A DNA stretch of 64,000 nucleotides, taken from Eledone cirrhosa. Lineage: Eukaryota. Below are positions 1 through 12,257 of the stretch, piece by piece. The stretch covers positions 131,502,001 to 131,566,000 of the forward strand of contig OZ024744.1 of assembly GCA_964016885.1 (NCBI GenBank), read 5' to 3'. The notes below the pieces were generated by a model, which was given only the letters and a program-made list of their open reading frames with translations, had not been told where the DNA came from and searched no databases. The position numbers and the translations under genes are program-made. How positions within the stretch are numbered: position 1 is the first letter of the stretch; the number at the start of each line of letters is the position of its first letter.

Positions 1-2443
1 GTTGGGGTTAAATTAAGTTGGGGTTAAGTTAAGTTGGGGGTAAGTTAAGTTGGTGTTAAGTTAAGTTGGGGTTAAGTTAAGTTGGGGTTAAGTTAAGTTG
101 GGGTCAAGTTAAGTTGGGGTTAAAATTAAGTTGGGGTTAAGTCAAGTTGGGGTTAAGTTAAGTTTGAGTTAATTTAGTTGGGGTTAAGTTAAGTTGGGGC
201 TAAGTTAAGTTGGGGCTAAGTTAAGTTGGGGCTGAGTTAAGTTGGGGTTAAGTTAAGTTGGGGTTAATTAAGGTGGGGTTAATTTAAGTTGGGGTTAAGT
301 TAAGTTGGTGTTAAGTTAAGTTGGGGCTAAGTTAACTTGGGGCTGAGTTAAGTTGGGGCTGAGTTAAGTTGGGGTAAATTTAAGTTGGGGTTGAGTTAAG
401 TTGGGGTTAAGTTAAGTTGGGGTTAAGTTAAGTTGGGGTTAAGTTAAGTTGGGGTTAAGTTAAGTTGGGGTTCAGTTAAGTTGGGGTTAAGTTAAGTTGG
501 GGTTAGGATGGGGTTAAATTAAGTTGGGGTTAAGTTAAGTTGGGGTTAAGTTAAGTTGGGGTTAAGTTAAATTGGGGTTAAGTTAAGTCGGGGTTAAGTT
601 AAGTCGTGGTTAAGTTAAGTTAGGGTTAAGTTAAGTTGGAGTTAAGTTAAGTTGGGGTTGAGTTAAGTTGGGGTTGAGTTAAATTGGGGTGGAGTTAAGT
701 TGGGGTTGAGTTAAGTTGGTGTTGAGTTAAGTTGGGATTAAGTTAAGTTGGGGTTAAGTTAAGTTGCAGTTAAGTTAAGTTGAGGTTAAGTTAAGTTGGG
801 GTTAAGTTAAGTTGGGGTTAAGTTAAGTTGGGGCTACGTTAAGTTGGGGCTAAGTTAAGTTGGGGCTCAGTTAAGTTGGGGTTCAGTTAAGTTGGGGTTA
901 AGTTAAGTTTGGGTTAAGTTGGGGTTAAATTAAGTTGGGGTTAAGTTAAGTTGGGGTTTAGTTAAGTTGGGGTTAAGTTAAGTTGGGGTTAATTTAAGTT
1001 GGGGTTAAGTTAAGTTGGGGTTAAGTTGGCGTTAAGTTAAGTTGGGGTTGAATTAAGTTGGGGTTGAGTTAATTTAGGGTTAAGTTAAGTTGGGGTTAAG
1101 TTAAGTTGGGTTTAAGTTAAGTTGGGGTTAAATTAAGTTGGGGTTAAATTAAGTTGGGGTTAAGTTAAGTTGGGGGTAAGTTAAGTTGGTGTTAAGTTAA
1201 GTTGGGGTTAAGTTAAGTTGGGGTTAAGTTAAGTTGGGGTCAAGTTAAGTTGGTGTTAAGTTAAGTTGGGGTTAAGTTAAGTTGGGGCTCAGTTAAGTTG
1301 GGGCTAAGTTAAGTTGGGGCTAATTTAAGTTGGGGTTAAGTTAAGTTGGGGTTAAGTTAAGGTGGGGTTAATTTAAGTTGGGGTCAACTTAAATTGGGGT
1401 TAAGTTAAGTTGGGGTTAAGTTAAGTTGGGGTTAAGTTAAGTTGGGGTTAAGTTAAGTTGGGGTTAAGTTAAGTTGGGGTTGAGTTAAGTTGGGGTTAAG
1501 TTAAGTTGGGGGTAAGTTAAGTTGGGGGCAAGTTAAGTTGGGGTTAAGTTAAGTTGGGGTTAAATTAAGTTGGGGTTAAGTTTAGTTGGTGTTAAGTTAA
1601 GTTGGGGTTTATTTAAGTTGGGGTTAATTAAGTTGGGGCTGAGTTAAGTTGGGGCTGAATTAAGTTGGGGTTAAGTTAAGTTGGGGTTGAGTTAAGTTGC
1701 GGTTAAGTTAAGTTGGGGTTAAGTTAAGTTGGGGTTAAGTTAAGTTGGGGTTGAGTTAAGTTGGGGTTAAGTTAAGTTGGGGTTCAGTTAAGTTGGTGTT
1801 AAGTTAAGTTGGGGTTAAGATGGGGTTAAATTAAGTTGGGGTTAAGTTAAGTTGGGGTTAAGTTAAGTTGGGGTTAAGTTAAGTTGGGGTTAAGTTAAGT
1901 CGGGGTTAAGTTAAGTCGGGGTTAAGTTAAGTTAGGGTTAAGTTAAGTTGGAGTTAAGTTAAGTTGGGGTCAAGTTAAGTTGGGGTTAAGTTAAGTTGGG
2001 GTTAAGTTAAGTTGGGGTTAAGTTAAGTTGGGGGTAAGTTAAGTTGGGGGTAAGTTAAGTTGGGGGTAAGTTAAGTTGGGGTTAAGTTAAGTTGGGGTTA
2101 AGTTAAGTTAGGGTTAAGTTAAGTTGGGGTTGAGTTAAGTTGGGGTTAAGTTAAGTTGGGGTTATGTTAAGTTGGGGTTAAGTTAAGTTGGTTCGTTAAG
2201 TTGAGTTTAAGTTAAGTTGGGGTTAATTTAAGTTGGGGTTAAGTTAAGTTGGGGTTAAGTTAAGTTGGGGTTAAGTTAAGTTGGGGTTCAGTTAAGTTGG
2301 GGTTAAGTCAAGTTGGGGTTAAGTTGGGGTTAAATTAATTTGGGGTTAAGTTAAGTTGGGGTTAAGTTAAGTTGGGGTTATATTAAGTTGGGGTTAAGTT
2401 AAGTTGGGGTTAAGTTAATTTGTTGTTAAGTTAAGTTGTGGTT

Positions 2444-2867
2444 AACCCCAACTTCACTCAACCCCACCTTAACTCAACCCCAACTTAACTTAACCCCAAC
2501 TTCACTCAACCCCAACTTAACTTAACCCCAACTTCACTCAACCCCAATTTGACTCAACCCCAACTTAACTTAACCCCAACTTAACTTAACCCTAACTTAA
2601 CTTAACCCGACTTAACTTAACTTCGACTTAACTTAACCCCAACTTAACTTAACCCCAACTTAACTTAACCCCAACTTAACTTAACCACAAATTAACTTAA
2701 CCCCAACTTAAATTAACCCCAACTTAAATTAACCCCAACTTAACTTAACCCCAACTTAACTTAACCCCAACTTAACTCACACCCAACTTAACTTACCCCC
2801 AACTTAACTTAACCCCAACTTGACTTAACACCAAATTAACTTAACCCCAACTTAACTTAACCCCAAA
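2444..2867 (-). repeat. Inverted satellite block 1 (424 bp)
   Basis: Reads AACCCCAACTTAACTT. Left junction GTGGTT|AACCCC, right junction CCCCAAA|TTCGGGG. Confidence 0.97.
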
Positions 2868-5600
2868 TTCGGGGTTAAGTTAAGTTAGGCTTAACTTAAG
2901 TTGGGGTTAAGTTAAATTGGGGGTAAGTTAAGTTCTGGGTAAGTTAAGTTGGGGTTAAGTTAAGTTGGGGTTAAGTTGGGGTTAAGTTAAGTTAGGGTTA
3001 AGTTAAGTTAGGGTTAAGTTAAGTTGGGGTTGAGTTAAGTTGGTGTTAAGTTAAGTTGGGGTTAAGTTAAGTTGGGGCTAAGTTAAGTTGGGGCTAAGTT
3101 AAGTTGGGGCTAAGTTAAGTTGGGGTTCAGTTAAGTTGGGGTTAAGTTAAGTTGGGGTTAAGTTAAGTTGGGGTCAAGTTAAGTTGGGGTTAAAATTAAG
3201 TTGGGGTTAAATCAAGTTGGGGTTAAGTTAAGTTGGGGTTAATTTAAATTGGGGTTAAGTTAACTTTGTGGTTAAGTTAAGTTGGGGTTAAGTTAAGTTG
3301 GGGTTAAGTTAAGTTGGGGTTGAGTTAAGTTGGGGTTGAGTGAAGTTGGGGTTAAGTTAAGTTGGGGTTAAGTTGGCGTTAAGTTAAGTTGGGGTTGAAT
3401 TAAGTTGGGGTTGAGTTAATTTAGGGTTAAGTTAAGTTGGGGTTAAGTTAAGTTGGGTTTAAGTTAAGTTGGGGTTAAATTAAGTTGGGGTTAAATTAAG
3501 TTGGGGTTAAGTTAAGTTGGGGGTAAGTTAAGTTGGTGTTAAGTTAAGTTGGGGTTAAGTTAAGTTGGGGTTAAGTTAAGTTGGGGTCAAGTTAAGTTGA
3601 GGTTAAAATTAAGTTGGGGTTAAGTCAAGTTGGGGTTAAGTCAAGTTTGAGTTAATTTAGTTGGGGTTAAGTTAAGTTGGGGCTAAGTTAAGTTGGGGCT
3701 AAGTTAAGTTGGGGCTGAGTTAAGTTGGGGTTAAGTTAAGTTGGGGTTAATTAAGGTGGGGTTAATTTAAGTTGGGGTTAATTTATGTTGGTGTGAAGTT
3801 AAGTTGGGGCTAAGTTAATTTGGGGCTGAGTTAAGTTGGGGCTGAGTTAAGTTGGGGTTAATTTAAGTTGGGGTTGAGTTAAGTTGGGGTTAAGTTAAGT
3901 TGGGGTTAAGTTAAGTTGGGGTTAAGTTAAGTTGGGGTTGAGTTACGTTGGGGTTAGGATGGGGTTAAATTAAGTTGGGGTTAAGTTAAGTTGGGGTTAA
4001 GTTAAGTTGGGGTTAAATTAAGTTGGGGTTAAGTTAAGTCGGGGTTAAGTTAAGTCGTGGTTAAGTTAAGTTAGGGTTAAGTTAAGTTGGAGTTAAGTTA
4101 AGTTGGGGTTGAGTTAAGTTGGGGTTGAGTTAAATTGGGGTGGAGTTAATTTGGGGTTGAGTTAAGTTGGTGTTGAGTTAAGTTGGGATTAAGTTAAGTT
4201 GGGGTTAAGTTAAGTTGCAGTTAAGTTAAGTTGAGGTTAAGTTAAGTTGGGGTTAAGTTAAGTTGGGGTTAAGTTAAGTTGGGGCTACGTTAAGTTGGGG
4301 CTAAGTTAAGTTGGGGCTCAGTTAAGTTGGGGGTAAGTTAAGTTGGTGTTAAGTTAAGTTGGGGTTAAGTTAAGTTGGGGTTAAGTTAAGTTGGGGTCAA
4401 GTTAAGTTGGTGTTAAGTTAAGTTGGGGTTAAGTTAAGTTGGGGCTCAGTTAAGTTGGGGCTAAGTTAAGTTGGGGCTAATTTAAGTTGGGGTTAAGTTA
4501 AGTTGGGGTTAAGTTAAGGTGGGGTTAATTTAAGTTGGGGTCAACTTAAATTGGGGTTAAGTTAAGTTGGGGTTAAGTTAAGTTGGGGTTAAGTTAAGTT
4601 GGGGTTAAGTTAAGTTGGGGTTAAGTTAAGTTGGGGTTGAGTTAAGTTGGGGTTAAGTTAAGTTGGGGGTAAGTTAAGTTGGGGGCAAGTTAAGTTGGGG
4701 TTAAGTTAAGTTGGGGTTAAATTAAGTTGGGGTTAAGTTTAGTTGGTGTTAAGTTAAGTTGGGGTTTATTTAAGTTGGGGTTAATTAAGTTGGGGCTGAG
4801 TTAAGTTGGGGCTGAATTAAGTTGGGGTTAAGTTAAGTTGGGGTTGAGTTAAGTTGCGGTTAAGTTAAGTTGGGGTTAAGTTAAGTTGGGGTTAAGTTAA
4901 GTTGGGGTTGAGTTAAGTTGGGGTTAAGTTAAGTTGGGGTTCAGTTAAGTTGGTGTTAAGTTAAGTTGGGGTTAAGATGGGGTTAAATTAAGTTGGGGTT
5001 AAGTTAAGTTGGGGTTAAGTTAAGTTGGGGTTAAGTTAAGTTGGGGTTAAGTTAAGTCGGGGTTAAGTTAAGTCGGGGTTAAGTTAAGTTAGGGTTAAGT
5101 TAAGTTGGAGTTAAGTTAAGTTGGGGTCAAGTTAAGTTGGGGTTAAGTTAAGTTGGGGTTAATTTAAGTTGGGGTTAAGTTAAGTTGGGGGTAAGTTAAG
5201 TTGGGGGTAAGTTAAGTTGGGGGTAAGTTAAGTTGGGGTTAAGTTAAGTTGGGGTTAAGTTAAGTTAGGGTTAAGTTAAGTTGGGGTTGAGTTAAGTTGG
5301 GGTTAAGTTAAGTTGGGGTTATGTTAAGTTGGGGTTAAGTTAAGTTGGTTCGTTAAGTTGAGTTTAAGTTAAGTTGGGGTTAATTTAAGTTGGGGTTAAG
5401 TTAAGTTGGGGTTAAGTTAAGTTGGGGTTAAGTTAAGTTGGGGTTCAGTTAAGTTGGGGTTAAGTCAAGTTGGGGTTAAGTTGGGGTTAAATTAATTTGG
5501 GGTTAAGTTAAGTTGGGGTTAAGTTAAGTTGGGGTTATATTAAGTTGGGGTTAAGTTAAGTTGGGGTTAAGTTAATTTGTTGTTAAGTTAAGTTGTGGTT

Positions 5601-6024
5601 AACCCCAACTTCACTCAACCCCACCTTAACTCAACCCCAACTTAACTTAACCCCAACTTCACTCAACCCCAACTTAACTTAACCCCAACTTCACTCAACC
5701 CCAATTTAACTCAACCCCAACTTAACTTAACCCCAACTTAACTTAACCCTAACTTAACTTAACCCGACTTAACTTAACTTCGACTTAACTTAACCCCAAC
5801 TTAACTTAACCCCAACTTAACTTAACCCCAACTTAACTTAACCACAAATTAACTTAACCCCAACTTAAATTAACCCCAACTTAAATTAACCCCAACTTAA
5901 CTTAACCCCAACTTAACTTAACACCAACTTAACTCACACCCAACTTAACTTACCCCCAACTTAACTTAACCCCAACTTGACTTAACACCAAATTAACTTA
6001 ACCCCAACTTAACTTAACCCCAAA
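5601..6024 (-). repeat. Inverted satellite block 2 (424 bp)
   Basis: C-rich orientation with the same junctions and internal variants as block 1; offset 3,157 bp. Confidence 0.97.
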
Positions 6025-8764
6025 TTCGGGGTTAAGTTAAGTTAGGCTTAACTTAAGTTGGGGTTAAGTTAAATTGGGGGTAAGTTAAGTTCTGGGTAAG
6101 TTAAGTTGGGGTTAAGTTAAGTTGGGGTTAAGTTGGGGTTAAGTTAAGTTAGGGTTAAGTTAAGTTAGGGTTAAGTTAAGTTGGGGTTTAGTTAAGTTGG
6201 TGTTAAGTTAAGTTGGGGTTAAGTTAAGTTGGGGCTAAGTTAAGTTGGGGCTAAGTTAAGTTGGGGCTAAGTTAAGTTGGGGTTCAGTTAAGTTGGGGTT
6301 AAGTTAAGTTGGGGTTAAGTTAAGTTGGGGTCAAGTTAAGTTGGGGTTAAAATTAAGTTGGGGTTAAATCAAGTTGGGGTTAAGTTAAGTTGGGGTTAAT
6401 TTAAATTGGGGTTAAGTTAACTTTGTGGTTAAGTTAAGTTGGGGTTAAGTTAAGTTGGGGTTAAGTTAAGTTGGGGTTGAGTTAAGTTGGGGTTGAGTGA
6501 AGTTGGGGTTAAGTTAAGTTGGGGTTAAGTTGGCGTTAAGTTAAGTTGGGGTTGAATTAAGTTGGGGTTGAGTTAATTTAGGGTTAAGTTAAGTTGGGGT
6601 TAAGTTAAGTTGGGTTTAAGTTAAGTTGGGGTTAAATTAAGTTGGGGTTAAATTAAGTTGGGGTTAAGTTAAGTTGGGGGTAAGTTAAGTTGGTGTTAAG
6701 TTAAGTTGGGGTTAAGTTAAGTTGGGGTTAAGTTAAGTTGGGGTCAAGTTAAGTTGGGGTTAAAATTAAGTTGGGGTTAAGTCAAGTTGGGGTTAAGTCA
6801 AGTTTGAGTTAATTTAGTTGGGGTTAAGTTAAGTTGGGGCTAAGTTAAGTTGGGGCTAAGTTAAGTTGGGGCTGAGTTAAGTTGGGGTTAAGTTAAGTTG
6901 GGGTTAATTAAGGTGGGGTTAATTTAAGTTGGGGTTAATTTATGTTGGTGTGAAGTTAAGTTGGGGCTAAGTTAATTTGGGGCTGAGTTAAGTTGGGGCT
7001 GAGTTAAGTTGGGGTTAATTTAAGTTGGGGTTGAGTTAAGTTGGGGTTAAGTTAAGTTGGGGTTAAGTTAAGTTGGGGTTAAGTTAAGTTGGGGTTGAGT
7101 TAAGTTGGGGTTAAGTTAAGTTGGGGTTAAGTTAAGTTGGGGTTCAGTTAAGTTGGGGTTAAGTTAAGTTGGGGTTAAGATGGGGTTAAATTAAGTTGGG
7201 GTTAAGTTAAGTTGGGGTTAAGTTAATTTGGGGTTAAGTTAAGTTGGGGATAAGTTAAGTCGGGGTTAAGTTAAGTCGTGGTTAAGTTAAGTTAGGGTTA
7301 AGTTAAGTTGGAGTTAAGTTAAGTTGGGGTTGAGTTAAGTTGGGGTTGAGTTAAATTGGGGTGGAGTTAAGTTGGGGTTGAGTTAAGTTGGTGTTGAGTT
7401 AAGTTGGGATTAAGTTAAGTTGGGGTTAAGTTAAGTTGCAGTTAAGTTAAGTTGAGGTTAAGTTAAGTTGGGGTTAAGTTAAGTTGGGGTTAAGTTAAGT
7501 TGGGGCTAAGTTAAGTTGGGGCTAAGTTAAGTTGGGGCTAAGTTAAGTTGGGGTTAAGTTAAGTTTGGGTTAAGTTGGGGTTAAATTAAGTTGGGGTTAA
7601 GTTAAGTTGGGGTTTAGTTAAGTTGGGGTTAAGTTAAGTTGGGGTTAATTTAAGTTGGGGTTAAGTTAAGTTGGGGTTAAGTTGGCGTTAAGTTAAGTTG
7701 GGGTTGAATTAAGTTGGGGTTGAGTTAATTTAGGGTTAAGTTAAGTTGGGGTTAAGTTAAGTTGGGTTTAAGTTAAGTTGGGGTTAAATTAAGTTGGGGT
7801 TAAATTAAGTTGGGGTTAAGTTAAGTTGGGGGTAAGTTAAGTTGGTGTTAAGTTAAGTTGGGGTTAAGTTAAGTTGGGGTTAAGTTAAGTTGGGGTCAAG
7901 TTAAGTTGGTGTTAAGTTAAGTTGGGGTTAAGTTAAGTTGGGGCTAAGTTAAGTTGGGGCTAAGTTAAGTTGGGGCTAAGTTAAGTTGGGGTTAAGTTAA
8001 GTTGGGGTTAAGTTAAGGTGGGGTTAATTTAAGTTGGGGTCAACTTAAATTGGGGTTAAGTTAAGTTGGGGTTAAGTTAAGTTGGGGTTAAGTTAAGTTG
8101 GGGTTAAGTTAAGTTGGGGTTAAGTTAAGTTGGGGTTGAGTTAAGTTGGGGTTAAGTTAAGTTGGGGTTCAGTTAAGTTGGTGTTAAGTTAAGTTGGGGT
8201 TAAGATGGGGTTAAATTAAGTTGGGGTTAAGTTAAGTTGGGGTTAAGTTAAGTTGGGGTTAAGTTAAGTTGGGGTTAAGTTAAGTCGGGGTTAAGTTAAG
8301 TCGGGGTTAAGTTAAGTTAGGGTTAAGTTAAGTTGGAGTTAAGTTAAGTTGGGGTTGAGTTAAGTAGGGGTTAAGTTAAGTTGGGGTTAAGTTAAGTTGG
8401 GGTTAAGTTAAGTTGGGGGTAAGTTAAGTTGGGGGTAAGTTAAGTTGGGGGTAAGTTAAGTTGGGGTTAAGTTAAGTTGGGGTTAAGTTAAGTTGGGGTT
8501 AAGTTAAGTTGGTTCGTTAAGTTGAGTTTAAGTTAAGTTGGGGTTAATTTAAGTTGGGGTTAAGTTAAGTTGGGGTTAAGTTAAGTTGGGGTTAAGTTAA
8601 GTTGGGGTTCAGTTAAGTTGGGGTTAAGTCAAGTTGGGGTTAAGTTGGGGTTAAATTAATTTGGGGTTAAGTTAAGTTGGGGTTAAGTTAAGTTGGGGTT
8701 ATGTTAAGTTGGGGTTAAGTTAAGTTGGGGTTAAGTTAATTTGTTGTTAAGTTAAGTTGTGGTT

Positions 8765-9125
8765 AAACCCAACTTCACTCAACCCCACCTTAACTCAACC
8801 CCAACTTAACTTAACCCCAACTTCACTCAACCCCAACTTAACTTAACCCCAACTTCACTCAACCCCAACTTAACTCAACCCCAACTTAACTTAACCCCAA
8901 CTTAACTTAACCCTAACTTAACTTAACCCCAACTTAACTTAACCACAAATTAACTTAACCCCAACTTAAATTAACCCCAACTTAAATTAACCCCAACTTA
9001 ACTTAACCCCAACTTAACTTAACCCCAACTTAACTCACACCCAACTTAACTTACCCCCAACTTAACTTAACCCCAACTTGACTTAACACCAAATTAACTT
9101 AACCCCAACTTAACTTAACCCCAAA
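8765..9125 (-). repeat. Inverted satellite block 3 (361 bp; 63-bp internal deletion)
   Basis: Left junction GGTT|AAACCC. Lacks the CCCGAC/CTTCGAC monomers present in the 424-bp copies. Confidence 0.96.
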
Positions 9126-11833
9126 TTCGGGGTTAAGTTAAGTTAGGCTTAACTTAAGTTGGGGTTAAGTTAAATTGGGTGTAAGTTAAGTTCTGGGTAA
9201 GTTAAGTTGGGGTTAAGTTAAGTTGGGGTTAAGTTGGGGTTAAGTTAATTTAGGGTTAAGTTAAGTTAGGGTTAAGTTAAGTTGGGGTTGAGTTAAGTTG
9301 GTGTTAAGTTAAGTTGGGGTTAAGTTAAGTTGGGGCTAAGTTAAGTTGGGGCTAAGTTAAGTTGGGGCTAAGTTAAGTTGGGGTTCAGTTAAGTTGGGGT
9401 TAAGTTAAGTTGGGGTTAAGTTAAGTTGGGGTCAAGTTAAGTTGGGGTTAAAATTAAGTTGGGGTTAAATCAAGTTGGGGTTAAGTTAAGTTGGGGTTAA
9501 TTTAAATTGGGGTTAAGTTAACTTTGTGGTTAAGTTAAGTTGGGGTTAAGTTAAGTTGGGGTTAAGTTAAGTTGGGGTTGAGTTAAGTTGGGGTTGAGTG
9601 AAGTTGGGGTTAAGTTAAGTTGGGGTTAAGTTGGCGTTAAGTTAAGTTGGGGTTGAATTAAGTTGGGGTTGAGTTAATTTAGGGTTAAGTTAAGTTGGGG
9701 TTAAGTTAAGTTGGGTTTAAGTTAAGTTGGGGTTAAATTAAGTTGGGGTTAAATTAAGTTGGGGTTAAGTTAAGTTGGGGGTAAGTTAAGTTGGTGTTAA
9801 GTTAAGTTGGGGTTAAGTTAAGTTGGGGTTAAGTTAAGTTGGGGTCAAGTTAAGTTGGGGTTAAAATTAAGTTGGGGTTAAGTCAAGTTGGGGTTAAGTC
9901 AAGTTTGAGTTAATTTAGTTGGGGTTAAGTTAAGTTGGGGCTAAGTTAAGTTGGGGCTAAGTTAAGTTGGGGCTGAGTTAAGTTGGGGTTAAGTTAAGTT
10001 GGGGTTAATTAAGGTGGGGTTAATTTAAGTTGGGGTTAAGTTATGTTGGTGTGAAGTTAAGTTGGGGCTAAGTTAATTTGGGGCTGAGTTAAGTTGGGGC
10101 TGAGTTAAGTTGGGGTTAATTTAAGTTGGGGTTGAGTTAAGTTGGGGTTAAGTTAAGTTGGGGTTAAGTTAAGTTGGGGTTAAGTTAAGTTGGGGTTGAG
10201 TTAAGTTGGGGTTAAGTTAAGTTGGGGTTAAGTTAAGTTGGGGTTCAGTTAAGTTGGGGTTAAGTTAAGTTGGGGTTAAGATGGGGTTAAATTAAGTTGG
10301 GGTTAAGTTAAGTTGGGGTTAAGTTAAGTTGGGGTTAAGTTAAGTTGGGGTTAAGTTAAGTCGGGGTTAAGTTAAGTCGTGGTTAAGTTAAGTTAGGGTT
10401 AAGTTAAGTTGGAGTTAAGTTAAGTTGGGGTTGAGTTAAGTTGGGGTTGAGTTAAATTGGGGTGGAGTTAAGTTGGGGTTGAGTTAAGTTGGTGTTGAGT
10501 TAAGTTGGGATTAAGTTAAGTTGGGGTTAAGTTAAGTTGCAGTTAAGTTAAGTTGAGGTTAAGTTAAGTTGGGGTTAAGTTAAGTTGGGGTTGAGTTAAG
10601 TTGGGGCTAAGTTAAGTTGGGGCTAAGTTAAGTTGGGGCTAAGTTAAGTTGGGGTTCAGTTAAGTTGGGGTTAAGTTAAGTTTGGGTTAAGTTGGGGTTA
10701 AATTAAGTTGGGGTTAAGTTAAGTTGGGGTTTAGTTAAGTTGGGGTTAAGTTAAGTTGGGGTTAATTTAAGTTGGGGTTAAGTTAAGTTGGGGTTAAGTT
10801 GGCGTTAAGTTAAGTTGGGGTTGAATTAAGTTGGGGTTGAGTTAATTTAGGGTTAAGTTAAGTTGGGGTTAAGTTAAGTTCGGTTTAAGTTAAGTTGGGG
10901 GTAAGTTAAGTTGGTGTTAAGTTAAGTTGGGGTTAAGTTAAGTTGGGGTTAAGTTAAGTTGGGGTCAAGTTAAGTTGGTGTTAATTTAAGTTGGGGTTAA
11001 GTTAAGTTGGGGCTAAGTTAAGTTGGGGCTAAGTTAAGTTGGGGCTAAGTTAAGTTGGGGTTAAGTTAAGTTGGGGTTAAGTTAAGGTGGGGTTAATTTA
11101 AGTTGGGGTCAACTTAAATTGGGGTTAAGTTAAGTTGGGGTTAAGTTAAGTTGGGGTTAAGTTAAGTTGGGGTTAAGTTAAGTTGGGGTTAAGTTAAGTT
11201 GGGGTTGAGTTAAGTTGGGGTTAAGTTAAGTTGGGGTTCAGTTAAGTTGGTGTTAAGTTAAGTTGGGGTTAAGATGGGGTTAAATTAAGTTGGGGTTAAG
11301 TTAAGTTGGGGTTAAGTTATGTTGGGGTTAAGTTAAGTTGGGGTTAAGTTAAGTCGGGGTTAAGTTAAGTCGGGGTTAAGTTAAGTTAGGGTTAAGTTAA
11401 GTTGGAGTTAAGTTAAGTTGGGGTTGAGTTAAGTTGGGGTTAAGTTAAGTTGGGGTTAAGTTAAGTTGGGGTTAAGTTAAGTTGGGGGTAAGTTAAGTTG
11501 GGGGTAAGTTAAGTTGGGGGTAAGTTAAGTTGGGGTTAAGTTAAGTTGGGGTTAAGTTAAGTTGGGGTTAAGTTAAGTTGGTTCGTTAAGTTGAGTTTAA
11601 GTTAAGTTGGGGTTAATTTAAGTTGGGGTTAAGTTAAGTTGGGGTTAAGTTAAGTTGGGGTTAAGTTAAGTTGGGGTTCAGTTAAGTTGGGGTTAAGTCA
11701 AGTTGGGGTTAAGTTGGGGTTAAATTAATTTGGGGTTAAGTTAAGTTGGGGTTAAGTTAAGTTGGGGTTATGTTAAGTTGGGGTTAAGTTAAGTTGGGGT
11801 TAAGTTAATTTGTTGTTAAGTTAAGTTGTGGTT

Positions 11834-12257
11834 AAACCCAACTTCACTCAACCCCACCTTAACTCAACCCCAACTTAACTTAACCCCAACTTCACTCAAC
11901 CCCAACTTAACTTAACCCCAACTTCACTCAACCCCAACTTAACTCAACCCCAACTTAACTTAACCCCAACTTAACTTAACCCTAACTTAACTTAACCCGA
12001 CTTAACTTAACTTCGACTTAACTTAACCCCAACTTAACTTAACCCCAACTTAACTTAACCCCAACTTAACTTAACCACAAATTAACTTAACCCCAACTTA
12101 AATTAACCCCAACTTAAATTAACCCCAACTTAACTTAACCCCAACTTAACTTAACCCCAACTTAACTCACACCCAACTTAACTTACCCCCAACTTAACTT
12201 AACCCCAACTTGACTTAACACCAAATTAACTTAACCCCAACTTAACTTAACCCCAAA
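11834..12257 (-). repeat. Inverted satellite block 4 (424 bp)
   Basis: Left junction GGTT|AAACCC, right junction CCCCAAA|TTCGGGG. Confidence 0.97.

Noticed and set aside
2444-2867. Inverted blocks as MITEs or piggyBac-type insertions at TTAA
   Set aside because: The blocks consist entirely of reverse-complemented satellite, with no distinct terminal repeats or target duplication. They always sit in the same flanking context, so they spread with the HOR rather than by transposition.
2885-2890. TTAGGC (nematode) and scattered TTAGGG (vertebrate-type) telomere hexamers as taxonomic clues
   Set aside because: They are isolated one- or two-base variants of TTGGGG at fixed HOR positions and never occur in tandem.
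5601-6024. Telomere-telomere fusion sites
   Set aside because: The left junction resembles a head-to-head fusion, but orientation reverts after ~0.4 kb at a fixed second junction in every copy. This is simpler to explain as one amplified inversion; an ancient fusion origin cannot be shown from this window.
11834-12257. Inversions as sequencing fold-back chimeras
   Set aside because: The blocks are not mirror images of their immediate flanks, carry their own variants, and recur with the same breakpoints and lineage-specific mutations.
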